A stretch of 54,776 nt of DNA from Candidatus Eiseniibacteriota bacterium (GTDB lineage Bacteria; Eisenbacteria; RBG-16-71-46; SZUA-252), in the NCBI GenBank assembly GCA_035712245.1, contig DASTBC010000310.1, forward strand, positions 1-54,776, given 5' to 3'. Position 1 is the first letter of the stretch. Every line of letters begins with the position of its first letter. This document shows, piece by piece, positions 36,156 to 43,141 of the stretch. A model generated the notes under the pieces. That model ran no database searches. It was not told where the DNA came from and was given only the letters and a program-made list of their open reading frames with translations. A program made the translations under genes and the position numbers.

Positions 36156-38206
36156 AGGGGCACCCGAAGCTTCGAGACGGGCTCGTGATTCGCAAGGTGG
36201 CCGAAGGAGACGACGTCGCCTATACGGTCTGCGACGCCGCCCGGAACCAGTACTTCCGCATCGACCCCTACACGCGCCTCGTCGCGGCGCATCTCGACGG
36301 CCGCCGGTCCCTCGCCGAGGTCTCCCGGCTCTGCCAGGACGAGATGCCGCACAACGATCTGTCGCTCCCCGTCGTGGAGGAGGCGGTCCACGATCTCGAC
36401 GCGATCGGCCTCCTCGAGGATCCGTACCGGAAGAACCTGCTGCTCCTCGAGCGGGCCAAGGCGAGCCGTCCCCGTCTCATGGATTTCTTCCACAACATGC
36501 TCAACTGGCAGGTGGGAATCTGGGATCCGGATCCGTTCCTGAACCGGACCGTCGACCGCGTGCGGTGGCTCTTCCATCCGGCGCTCGCGCTCGCCGTGAC
36601 GGCGGGGCTCCTCTGGAGCCTGTGGCTCGTGTTCGTGAACCGCCATCGGGTGAGCTTCGACCCCACGCACCTCCTCGGGATCGGAGACGGCGGGAGCGCG
36701 CTCGGGGGCATCCTGATGCTCCTCCTCATCCTCACGGTCGTGGGAGCGGTGCACGAGTTCGGGCACGCGTACGCGTGCAAACACTTCGGCGGGCCCGTGC
36801 ACCGGATGGGGTTCATGCTGATGTACTTCGGCCCCTGCTTCTTCGTCGACGTGTCGCATTCGATGCTCTTCGAGAACCGCTGGCACCGGATCTGGGTCGC
36901 CATGGGCGGGATCTACTTCGAGTCGTTCATCACGATCATCGCGGCGGTGCTCTGGGCCGTCACCCCGCCCGAGCTCTACCTCAACGATCTCTCCTACCGC
37001 GTGATGATGATGGGGCTCGTCATGGGGGTGCTCCTGAACCTGAATCCGCTCCTCAAGTTCGACGGGTACTACGTGCTGAGCGATCTCCTCCAGATCAGCC
37101 AGCTCCGCGAGCAGGCGCTCCCGTACGTCCGCAATGTCGTGAAGGGATGGTTCCGGCGGGACGCGGCTCCCACGGAGCGCGTGGTCGGGATTCGCCGCCG
37201 GCGCGCGTATCTGATCTACGGTCTCCTGACCTTCGCGTACTCGTACGTCGTGATCGTGTGCTTCTTCGAGTGGCTCCGCGTGACGCTGGTCGGCGCGTGG
37301 GCCGAGACCGGGTTCTTCCTCACCGCGTGCATGGTCGCGCTCTTCGTCCGGAAGCCCGTGACGAACGGAGTCATGAAGGCCGCCGAGGCGGCGCGCCGTC
37401 CGACGCCACGATTCCTTCCCTGGGCGATCGGGATCGCGGCGATCCTCGTCCTCGCGCTCTTCGTCCGCACGCCGGCCCATGTGAGCGCCGAGGCGCGCTA
37501 CACGAGCTCCGAGCGGGAGGCGATCCGCGCCGAGGAGCCCGGGCGCGTGGCCGCGGTTCTGGTACGGGAAGGAGATCGCGTCTTCCCGCTCCAGGCGGTG
37601 GCCGTGCTCGAGAACGACAGCGTGGTCGCCGCGTGGCAGGGCGCGCTCGTCCGCTCGCGGGAGAGCGCGATGGCGCTCGGGCAGGCCATGGACCGCTCGG
37701 ATCCCGCCCTCTACCGGACCGCGGACGCGCAGGGCCGCGCCGCGCTCGCCGTGGAAGGACGCCTCTCGGAGGCTCGCTCGCGGCTCGTGCTCGCGGCGAG
37801 GGCCGGAGGGATCGTGGTGACGGCGCGCACGGAGGAGCTCCTGGGGGAACGCCTCGATCCGGGAGACACGCTCCTCGTCCTGTCGAACGAGGAGCGATAC
37901 GAGGTCGAGTGCGACGTTCGCGAGACCGACGTCGGATGGGTCGAGGCCGGAGGGAAGGTCGAGCTCCGGATGAGGGGCAACCCGGGACGCAAGCTCGAGG
38001 GAACGGTCGAGCGGGTCTACTCCGTCCCCCGGCGCGGTCCGGAGGGCCGGGCGCGATTCCGCGCGGTGGTGCGGCTCACCGAGCCGGCACCGGACCTTCG
38101 TCTCGGCGAAACCGGGATCGCGCGGATCGAGATCGGAAACCAGAACGTGTACGAGCGGATCGGAAACGTCTGGGCCCGCCTCGTTCGCGCGGACTTCTGG
38201 CTCTGA
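36152..38206 (+). CDS. Fusion protein: PqqD-like N-terminal domain + M50 (site-2-protease family) zinc metalloprotease membrane core + C-terminal HlyD-type adaptor module
   Basis: GTG at 36152 overlaps the upstream TGA (GTGA). HEFGH at 36752-36766 and NLNPLLKFDG (NxxPxxxxDG) at 37037-37066. Multiple TM helices. N-terminal ...YFRIDPYTRLVAAHLDGRRSLAEVSRLC...VEEAVHDLDAIGLLED resembles PqqD/RRE-type domains (inference). C-terminal ...IRAEEPGRVAAVLVREGDRV... to ...GETGIARIEIG... resembles HlyD. Confidence 0.85.
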   Translation: MKGHPKLRDGLVIRKVAEGDDVAYTVCDAARNQYFRIDPYTRLVAAHLDGRRSLAEVSRLCQDEMPHNDLSLPVVEEAVHDLDAIGLLEDPYRKNLLLLERAKASRPRLMDFFHNMLNWQVGIWDPDPFLNRTVDRVRWLFHPALALAVTAGLLWSLWLVFVNRHRVSFDPTHLLGIGDGGSALGGILMLLLILTVVGAVHEFGHAYACKHFGGPVHRMGFMLMYFGPCFFVDVSHSMLFENRWHRIWVAMGGIYFESFITIIAAVLWAVTPPELYLNDLSYRVMMMGLVMGVLLNLNPLLKFDGYYVLSDLLQISQLREQALPYVRNVVKGWFRRDAAPTERVVGIRRRRAYLIYGLLTFAYSYVVIVCFFEWLRVTLVGAWAETGFFLTACMVALFVRKPVTNGVMKAAEAARRPTPRFLPWAIGIAAILVLALFVRTPAHVSAEARYTSSEREAIRAEEPGRVAAVLVREGDRVFPLQAVAVLENDSVVAAWQGALVRSRESAMALGQAMDRSDPALYRTADAQGRAALAVEGRLSEARSRLVLAARAGGIVVTARTEELLGERLDPGDTLLVLSNEERYEVECDVRETDVGWVEAGGKVELRMRGNPGRKLEGTVERVYSVPRRGPEGRARFRAVVRLTEPAPDLRLGETGIARIEIGNQNVYERIGNVWARLVRADFWL

Positions 38207-38208
38207 GC

Positions 38209-40224
38209 ATGACCCGGCACCCTTCCCGTCCACGCCGAGACCGCTCGTCCAGGGCCCGGACCTCCGGCGACATCCTGGCCGCCGTCACCACGCGCGCGCT
38301 CGCGCTCCAGGAGGTCGCGCTCGCGCTCGCCGAGCACGAGACTCCCGAGGAGATGGCCGCGGCGCTGCTGCCCACCGTCGCGGGAGCGGTCGGAGCTCGC
38401 GAAGCCGCGCTCCTCGTCTCGGAGCCGGGGGATGCGTTCCGCATGGCGGCGACCCATGGCGTCCCCGGGGATCTTGCCGGAGCGGTCGAGGAGAGCGCGG
38501 TGGAGCAGGCGGCCGCGAGCGTGGCGGCGAACACAGGGCATCCTCTCCTGGGCGCGGAGATCGAGCAGGACGAGTCCTTCGTCGAGTGGCGGGAGCGTCA
38601 GGCTCCCCCCGAAGGAGAGCCGAGCGAAGGGGACGGCGAGGGATCGGCGGCTGCCGGGGCGCGGCCCTACTTCGAGCTCTACGCGCCGCTTCAGGCCCAC
38701 GACGCGGTGGTCGGCGTGCTCGCCCTGGGACGGAGGGCCGACGGGCAGGACTTCACCGACGAGGATTTGATCTTCATCGAGCACGTGGGATCCGGCGTGG
38801 CCGTGGCGCTGAGCCGGAGCCATCTCGACCTGGAGAACCGGCGGAAGATCGAGATGCTCCGTGCCCTGGCCCGCTTCACCGGCGAGATCACGTCGACGCT
38901 GGACCTGAACCGCGTGCTCCACACGGTCGCCAACACGACCGAGGCCGTCATCGATCGCGACCGGGCCCTGGTCGTGCTCGTCGAGGCGGGCGGCCTCAAG
39001 GTGCGCGCCGTGAGCGACAAGGTCACCGTCGAGGTGAACGAGGCCGAGGTGCTCGGGGTCCGGGAAGTCCTCGACGTGATCCACCGCCGGAAGGGGCGCC
39101 TCCGTGTCACCGTGGAGTCGGTGGCCGACGAGTCATCCGAGGTTCCCGACCGGGAGGTCTTCGCCCGCTACTTCGAGGCGGGGGAGATGCAGTCGATCCT
39201 GGTCCTTCCGCTCCAGGACGAAGAGGGCCTCCTGGGCTACCTGGTCCTCGAGTCCCGCGACCCGGCCGGCTTCGGGGACGCGGCCGCCGAGGAGTTCCTG
39301 GGAATCCTGAGCGGATCCGTGTCGGTGGCGATCCGGAACGCGGATCTCTACCGCCGCGTGCCGATGGTCGGCTTTCTCGCCCCCATCGCCGGGCAGAGGC
39401 GGCGGCTCGCGGCCATGAGCCCGAACCGGCGCCGGATCATCCTCGGAGCCACCGCAGCGGCGACTCTCTTCCTCGTGGCCGTGCCGCTTCCGCGCCACGC
39501 CGCGGGACCGGCGCTCGTCCGGCCCTCCGAGGTGCTCCCGGTCGTCGCGCTCGCCCCGGGCATCGTCGAGCAAGTCTACGCTTCGGGAGGGGATGAGGTC
39601 GTGGCCGGCGCCCCCATCGCCGCGCTCCGGAACCGGGAGTCGGACGCCCGCCTCGCCGAGGCGGAGGCCGAGCTGTCGATCGCGGAGCGCCGCGCGGCCG
39701 AGGCCACGGAACGGCGCGACCCCGCGGAGGCGCGGCGCTGGTCGCTCCAGGCGAAGAACCTCTCCGGGTGGATGAGCTACGCGCGATCCGAGGGAGCCGA
39801 CCAGCGGCTCGCGGCACCCGTCACGGGCTCCATCCTCACGCCGCGGATCGGCGAGCGCGTCGGAGAGATGATGGAGCGCGGCGACGCGCTCTGCGAGATC
39901 GCCCGGCTCGACCCGGTCCACGTCGAGGTCCAGGTCTCCGAGGAGGACATCGGGGATCTCGCGCCGGGTGGAGTCGCGCGCGTGAAGGTGCTCGCGTACC
40001 CCGATCGCCAGTTCCGCGGCAAGGTCCTGACCATCGCGCCCGAGGGATCGGGTCCCGCCGGGAAACCTTCTTCGTTCACCGTGACGGTCGAGTGCGCGAA
40101 TCCCGATCTGGATCTCCTCGCGGGAATGACCGGGCGCGCGAAGGTCGAGGCGGGATGGACCCCCTGGCTCTGGAGCACGCTTCGCCCGCTCGGACGCGCG
40201 CTGCGGATGAATTTCTGGTTTTGA
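38209..40224 (+). CDS. GAF-GAF-TM-HlyD protein (cytoplasmic tandem GAF-like sensor domains fused to a periplasmic adaptor module)
   Basis: ATG at 38209, 2 nt after the upstream TGA. Two GAF-like segments (...AALLVSEPGDAFRMAATHG...VGVLALGRRADGQDFTDEDLIFIEHVG... and ...VLHTVANTTEAVIDRDRALVVLVE...LGYLVLESRDPAGF...). Single TM helix RRIILGATAAATLFLVAVPLP. HlyD-like ...VVALAPGIVEQVYASGGDEVVAGAPIA..., coiled coil, ...LAAPVTGSIL.... The C-terminus ...RMNFWF echoes ...RADFWL of the preceding protein. Confidence 0.8.
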   Translation: MTRHPSRPRRDRSSRARTSGDILAAVTTRALALQEVALALAEHETPEEMAAALLPTVAGAVGAREAALLVSEPGDAFRMAATHGVPGDLAGAVEESAVEQAAASVAANTGHPLLGAEIEQDESFVEWRERQAPPEGEPSEGDGEGSAAAGARPYFELYAPLQAHDAVVGVLALGRRADGQDFTDEDLIFIEHVGSGVAVALSRSHLDLENRRKIEMLRALARFTGEITSTLDLNRVLHTVANTTEAVIDRDRALVVLVEAGGLKVRAVSDKVTVEVNEAEVLGVREVLDVIHRRKGRLRVTVESVADESSEVPDREVFARYFEAGEMQSILVLPLQDEEGLLGYLVLESRDPAGFGDAAAEEFLGILSGSVSVAIRNADLYRRVPMVGFLAPIAGQRRRLAAMSPNRRRIILGATAAATLFLVAVPLPRHAAGPALVRPSEVLPVVALAPGIVEQVYASGGDEVVAGAPIAALRNRESDARLAEAEAELSIAERRAAEATERRDPAEARRWSLQAKNLSGWMSYARSEGADQRLAAPVTGSILTPRIGERVGEMMERGDALCEIARLDPVHVEVQVSEEDIGDLAPGGVARVKVLAYPDRQFRGKVLTIAPEGSGPAGKPSSFTVTVECANPDLDLLAGMTGRAKVEAGWTPWLWSTLRPLGRALRMNFWF

Positions 40225-40350
40225 CATGACAGAAATGAGGAATTTCCGCGGCGCGCACGCCTCGCGATTCCAGGACTCGAAGAGCGGTCGCGCTCGTGGA
40301 AGCAAGCGGCGCTCGGGGTTGCGGCCTGCGCGATGCGCCCGCGGCTTCGC

Positions 40351-40364
40351 GGCACGCCGGTTGC
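40351..40364 (+). promoter_or_regulatory. Sigma-54 (-24/-12) type promoter upstream of small peptide gene 1
   Basis: GGCAC-GCCGG-TTGC: GG (40351-40352) and GC (40363-40364) have the canonical 12-nt register of TGGCAC-N5-TTGC. It lies 63 nt upstream of the ATG at 40427. A sigma-54 activator gene lies about 0.7 kb downstream. Confidence 0.65.
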
Positions 40365-40426
40365 GATAGCGTCGGGATGTCGGCCGGCGTCACGGTGACG
40401 CCCGGCTCCCAACGAGGGAGGGTGTC

Positions 40427-40558
40427 ATGGCAGCGAAGAAGATCCAGGCCAAGTCGAAGAGCAAGACCGCCGCGAAGAAGGGTGCCCGCAAGGTTTCGCC
40501 GACGACGCCGCGTGGAATGGCGCGCCGGCAGTTCTATACGCCGCCGTCGAGCGAGTAG
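40427..40558 (+). CDS. Small Lys-rich peptide, 43 aa: MAAKKIQAKSKSKTAAKKGARKVSPTTPRGMARRQFYTPPSSE (candidate precursor/substrate peptide; not in the ORF track)
   Basis: ATG preceded by GGGAGGG 5 nt upstream. Own sigma-54-like promoter and hairpin plus T-tract terminator. Its paralog at 40912 has an identical 18-aa C-terminus despite 6 synonymous codon differences and no non-synonymous ones. Confidence 0.75.
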   Translation: MAAKKIQAKSKSKTAAKKGARKVSPTTPRGMARRQFYTPPSSE

Positions 40559-40583
40559 CCTGACACCCTCGATCGACGAGGAC

Positions 40584-40621
40584 GGGCGGACCCGGCAGTC
40601 TCGGGTCCGCCCGATCCTTTT
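40584..40621 (+). terminator. Rho-independent terminator after peptide gene 1
   Basis: 11-bp perfect stem GGGCGGACCCG (40584-40594) / CGGGTCCGCCC (40602-40612), 7-nt loop, followed by GATCCTTTT. Confidence 0.8.
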
Positions 40622-40828
40622 GGAGGACTTCGGGGGCGGACGGCTTGACCGATCGGCTCCATCAACGAGGCAGCTGCCACCGATCGCGCGAGCCGCGGAC
40701 CTTCCTCAACGCCCTCCTCAAAACTGCGGAAATTCATCGGCGAGAGCGACGCGCTCCCGCGTGGGTTCGAGACGGCGTGCTCGCGCGTCTCAAGAGGTTG
40801 CGGCGTTCGATCGGGTGTCTCGCGATCC

Positions 40829-40842
40829 GGCATGAGACATGC
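40829..40842 (+). promoter_or_regulatory. Sigma-54 (-24/-12) type promoter upstream of small peptide gene 2
   Basis: GGCAT-GAGAC-ATGC has the same GG..N10..GC register. Flanks are homologous to promoter 1 (CGGCAyG....TGCGAT...AGCGTCGG...CACGGTG). It lies 70 nt upstream of the ATG at 40912. Confidence 0.55.
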
Positions 40843-40911
40843 GATGACATCCGGAGCGTCGGTCGGGAGCCACGGTGGCTCCGTCCGCGGACCATCAACG
40901 AGGAGGGTACG

Positions 40912-41040
40912 ATGGCTGCGAAGAAGGTGAAGGCCAAGGCGAAGTCGACGAAGGCGAAGAAGGGAACCCGGAAGGTTGCCTCGACCACCCCGCGTGGGAT
41001 GGCCCGCCGCCAGTTCTATACGCCGCCGTCGTCCGAGTAA
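40912..41040 (+). CDS. Small Lys-rich peptide paralog, 42 aa: MAAKKVKAKAKSTKAKKGTRKVASTTPRGMARRQFYTPPSSE
   Basis: ATG preceded by GAGGAGGG. It is the last 42 codons of the otherwise featureless track ORF 40645..41040. C-terminal TTPRGMARRQFYTPPSSE is conserved with only synonymous changes relative to gene 1. Followed by a terminator. Confidence 0.75.
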   Translation: MAAKKVKAKAKSTKAKKGTRKVASTTPRGMARRQFYTPPSSE

Positions 41041-41061
41041 GTCACTCCGCTTTCGGTTTCC

Positions 41062-41104
41062 GAGGCGGGCCCCGGCGAGACCGGAGCCCGCCTCTTCGTC
41101 TTTT
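41062..41104 (+). terminator. Rho-independent terminator after peptide gene 2 (between convergent genes)
   Basis: Stem GAGGCGGGC-CCGG / CCGG-GCCCGCCTC (41062-41094, one mismatch, 5-nt loop) followed by TTCGTCTTTT. A T-tract is present only on the plus strand. Confidence 0.75.
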
Positions 41105-41130
41105 CCGGGTTCCGGCGTGGGACGCGGAAG

Positions 41131-43035
41131 CTAGACCGCGTTCCTCCAGCGGCGCTCGACGTAGCTGCGCAGGATCCTGTCCACGTAGTCGTGGTAGGGA
41201 GCGGGAAGCTTCGGGATGCGCTTCTCGCAGACCCTCCTCGCGCCGCCGACGTCCCCTTCGGCATCCGCGGCCGCGGCGAGGATCCGCAGGAGCGAGCGGA
41301 GTCTCCGGGTGACGACGCCGGTCAGATAGGGCCCTCCGGCGAGCGACCGGGACGCGCGGTCGAGGTCGAAGTCGGCCTCGCAGAACTCGCGCAGGCACTC
41401 CCCCTGGAGGTAGTAGGTCAGGGTCGTACGATCGGCGATCGGCGCGTCGAGCGTTCCTTCCTTCGCCTGCGCCTCCTTGAGCGATCGACCCGCGGCCGCA
41501 ATGTTGAAGCCGTGCCGCCGCAGGTGGGTGACGACCCAGTTGCCCATGCTCCGCTCGCCTCGTTTGGGCTGCGGCACCGCCGTGGCCGTCGCGGGGCGCC
41601 GGAAGATCCGCTCCAGGTCGGTCGCGCCGTTTCCGGCGGTCCCTCCGACGGCGAGCGCGGTGATCAGGTTCTGCAGCTCGCGAATGTTGCCGGGATAGTC
41701 GTGCTCGAGAAGCCTTCGCTCGAGGGACGAATCGAGGCGCAGCTCGGGGGTCCCCATTTCCTCGGCGGCGATACGCGCGAAGTGGCCGGCGAGGACCGGA
41801 ATGTCGCCCTTTCGGTCGCGGAGCGGCGGCACATGGAGCGTGAGCACGCTGACCCGGTAGTAGAGATCGCTGCGGAATCGTCCCGCCTCGACTTCTCCCC
41901 AGAGATCCCGGTTCGTGGCCGCGACCACGCGGACGTCCACCTGGATCGTCTCCTCGCCGCCCACGCGCCGGAAGCAGCCTTCCTGGAGCACGCGAAGGAG
42001 CCGTGTCTGCGCGGAGAGCGGCAGCTCTCCGAGCTCGTCCAGGAAGATCGTGCCGTGGTGCGCCATCTCGAAGAGTCCGCGGCGATCCCGAACGGCGCCG
42101 GTGAACGAGCCGCGCTCGTGGCCGAAGAGCTCGCTCTCGATCAAGTCCTTGGGAATGGAGCCGCAGTCGACCACCTCGAACGGCCCCTTGGCCCTCGGGG
42201 ACATCTCGTGCACCGATCTCGCGAGGAGCTCCTTTCCGCACCCGGTCTCGCCCTGGATCAGGACCGGGCAGCGGGTCGGCGCCACGCTCTGGGCCTCCTC
42301 GAGGAGGCGGAGCATGGCGGGGCTCTCGCCCAGGATGCGCCCGAGAATCGGGTGGGCCGCGCGGAGCTGCCGGAGCCTCTTCGAGATCTGGACCGGCGCC
42401 TTCGAGTGCGTCTCCGGCACCATCGGGTACTGCTGCTCGGCCGGGATATCGGAGAGCGCCGCGGAGGACTCGATCGCCTGGGCGGCGAGCGCCGCGGCGC
42501 GCTCGAGCAGCTCGAGCGTCTCGACGGAGTAGGGCTCGCCGCCGATCCTCGGGCCCACGGCCGCCACGCCGAGGAGGTTCGCGCGCACGACGATCGGGAG
42601 GAGGAAGGCCGCCTCGAGGCCGGCGGCCCAGCGGCGCAGTCTGCCCTCGGGGAGCTGTTCGTACCCTCCGTCGTGACCGGAAACGGGGAAGACCGCGGCC
42701 CCGTCACACTCCGCGAGGAGGCGGTCTTCGTTTCGCGTCAGGACGAGACGGGAGCGGTGCTCGCTGGGCGTCAGTCCGAAGGATACCGTGAGGCCGAGCC
42801 GCCTGCGGCTGGGAGCGTAGAGATAGCCGACCGCATGGGATGCGCCGGTCAAGCCCAGGGTGGAATGCAGGAACCGCCCCAGGATCTCGGAAGGGCGGCT
42901 GGCGCCTAGAAGCGATCGTGCGATTTCGAGGAGCGAGCAGGCGTCGGAGTACTCGCGCGCGAGATCCGGAATCGGTTCGTCCTGTGGAGTCGTGATCTCA
43001 GCCCGCATCCGGCGCCTCACGGGGGACGGGGTCAT
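41131..43035 (-). CDS. Sigma-54-dependent transcriptional activator (bEBP): N-terminal GAF-like domain, AAA+ sigma-54 interaction domain, Fis-type HTH, plus an extra approx 130-aa C-terminal extension
   Basis: ATG at 43035 preceded by GGGAGGGAG. Walker A GETGCGKE, ...ELFGHERGSFTGA... (GAFTGA-loop variant), ...IFLDELGEL..., ...RVVAATNRDL..., ...FRSDLYYRVSV..., ...GNIRELQN.... HTH-like ...HGFNIAAAGRSL.... Confidence 0.9.
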   Translation of the reverse strand: MTPSPVRRRMRAEITTPQDEPIPDLAREYSDACSLLEIARSLLGASRPSEILGRFLHSTLGLTGASHAVGYLYAPSRRRLGLTVSFGLTPSEHRSRLVLTRNEDRLLAECDGAAVFPVSGHDGGYEQLPEGRLRRWAAGLEAAFLLPIVVRANLLGVAAVGPRIGGEPYSVETLELLERAAALAAQAIESSAALSDIPAEQQYPMVPETHSKAPVQISKRLRQLRAAHPILGRILGESPAMLRLLEEAQSVAPTRCPVLIQGETGCGKELLARSVHEMSPRAKGPFEVVDCGSIPKDLIESELFGHERGSFTGAVRDRRGLFEMAHHGTIFLDELGELPLSAQTRLLRVLQEGCFRRVGGEETIQVDVRVVAATNRDLWGEVEAGRFRSDLYYRVSVLTLHVPPLRDRKGDIPVLAGHFARIAAEEMGTPELRLDSSLERRLLEHDYPGNIRELQNLITALAVGGTAGNGATDLERIFRRPATATAVPQPKRGERSMGNWVVTHLRRHGFNIAAAGRSLKEAQAKEGTLDAPIADRTTLTYYLQGECLREFCEADFDLDRASRSLAGGPYLTGVVTRRLRSLLRILAAAADAEGDVGGARRVCEKRIPKLPAPYHDYVDRILRSYVERRWRNAV

Positions 43036-43141
43036 GAACTCCCTCCCGGTGAAGATCGCGGATCCGATCGGATGATTCTAGCGCGTGGCGTGCTCCCCGG
43101 CAAGGCGGGACTGCGAACACACGGGCCGTGCGCGCCGAAAC

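Noticed and set aside
40296-41040. Track ORFs 40296..40835(+), 40645..41040(+) and 40534..40833(-) spanning the peptide locus
   Set aside because: They read straight through a strong hairpin plus T-tract terminator and through promoter-like elements. They are Arg-rich and lack an SD. The short SD-preceded ORFs at 40427 and 40912 explain the synonymous-only conservation pattern, and the long ones do not.
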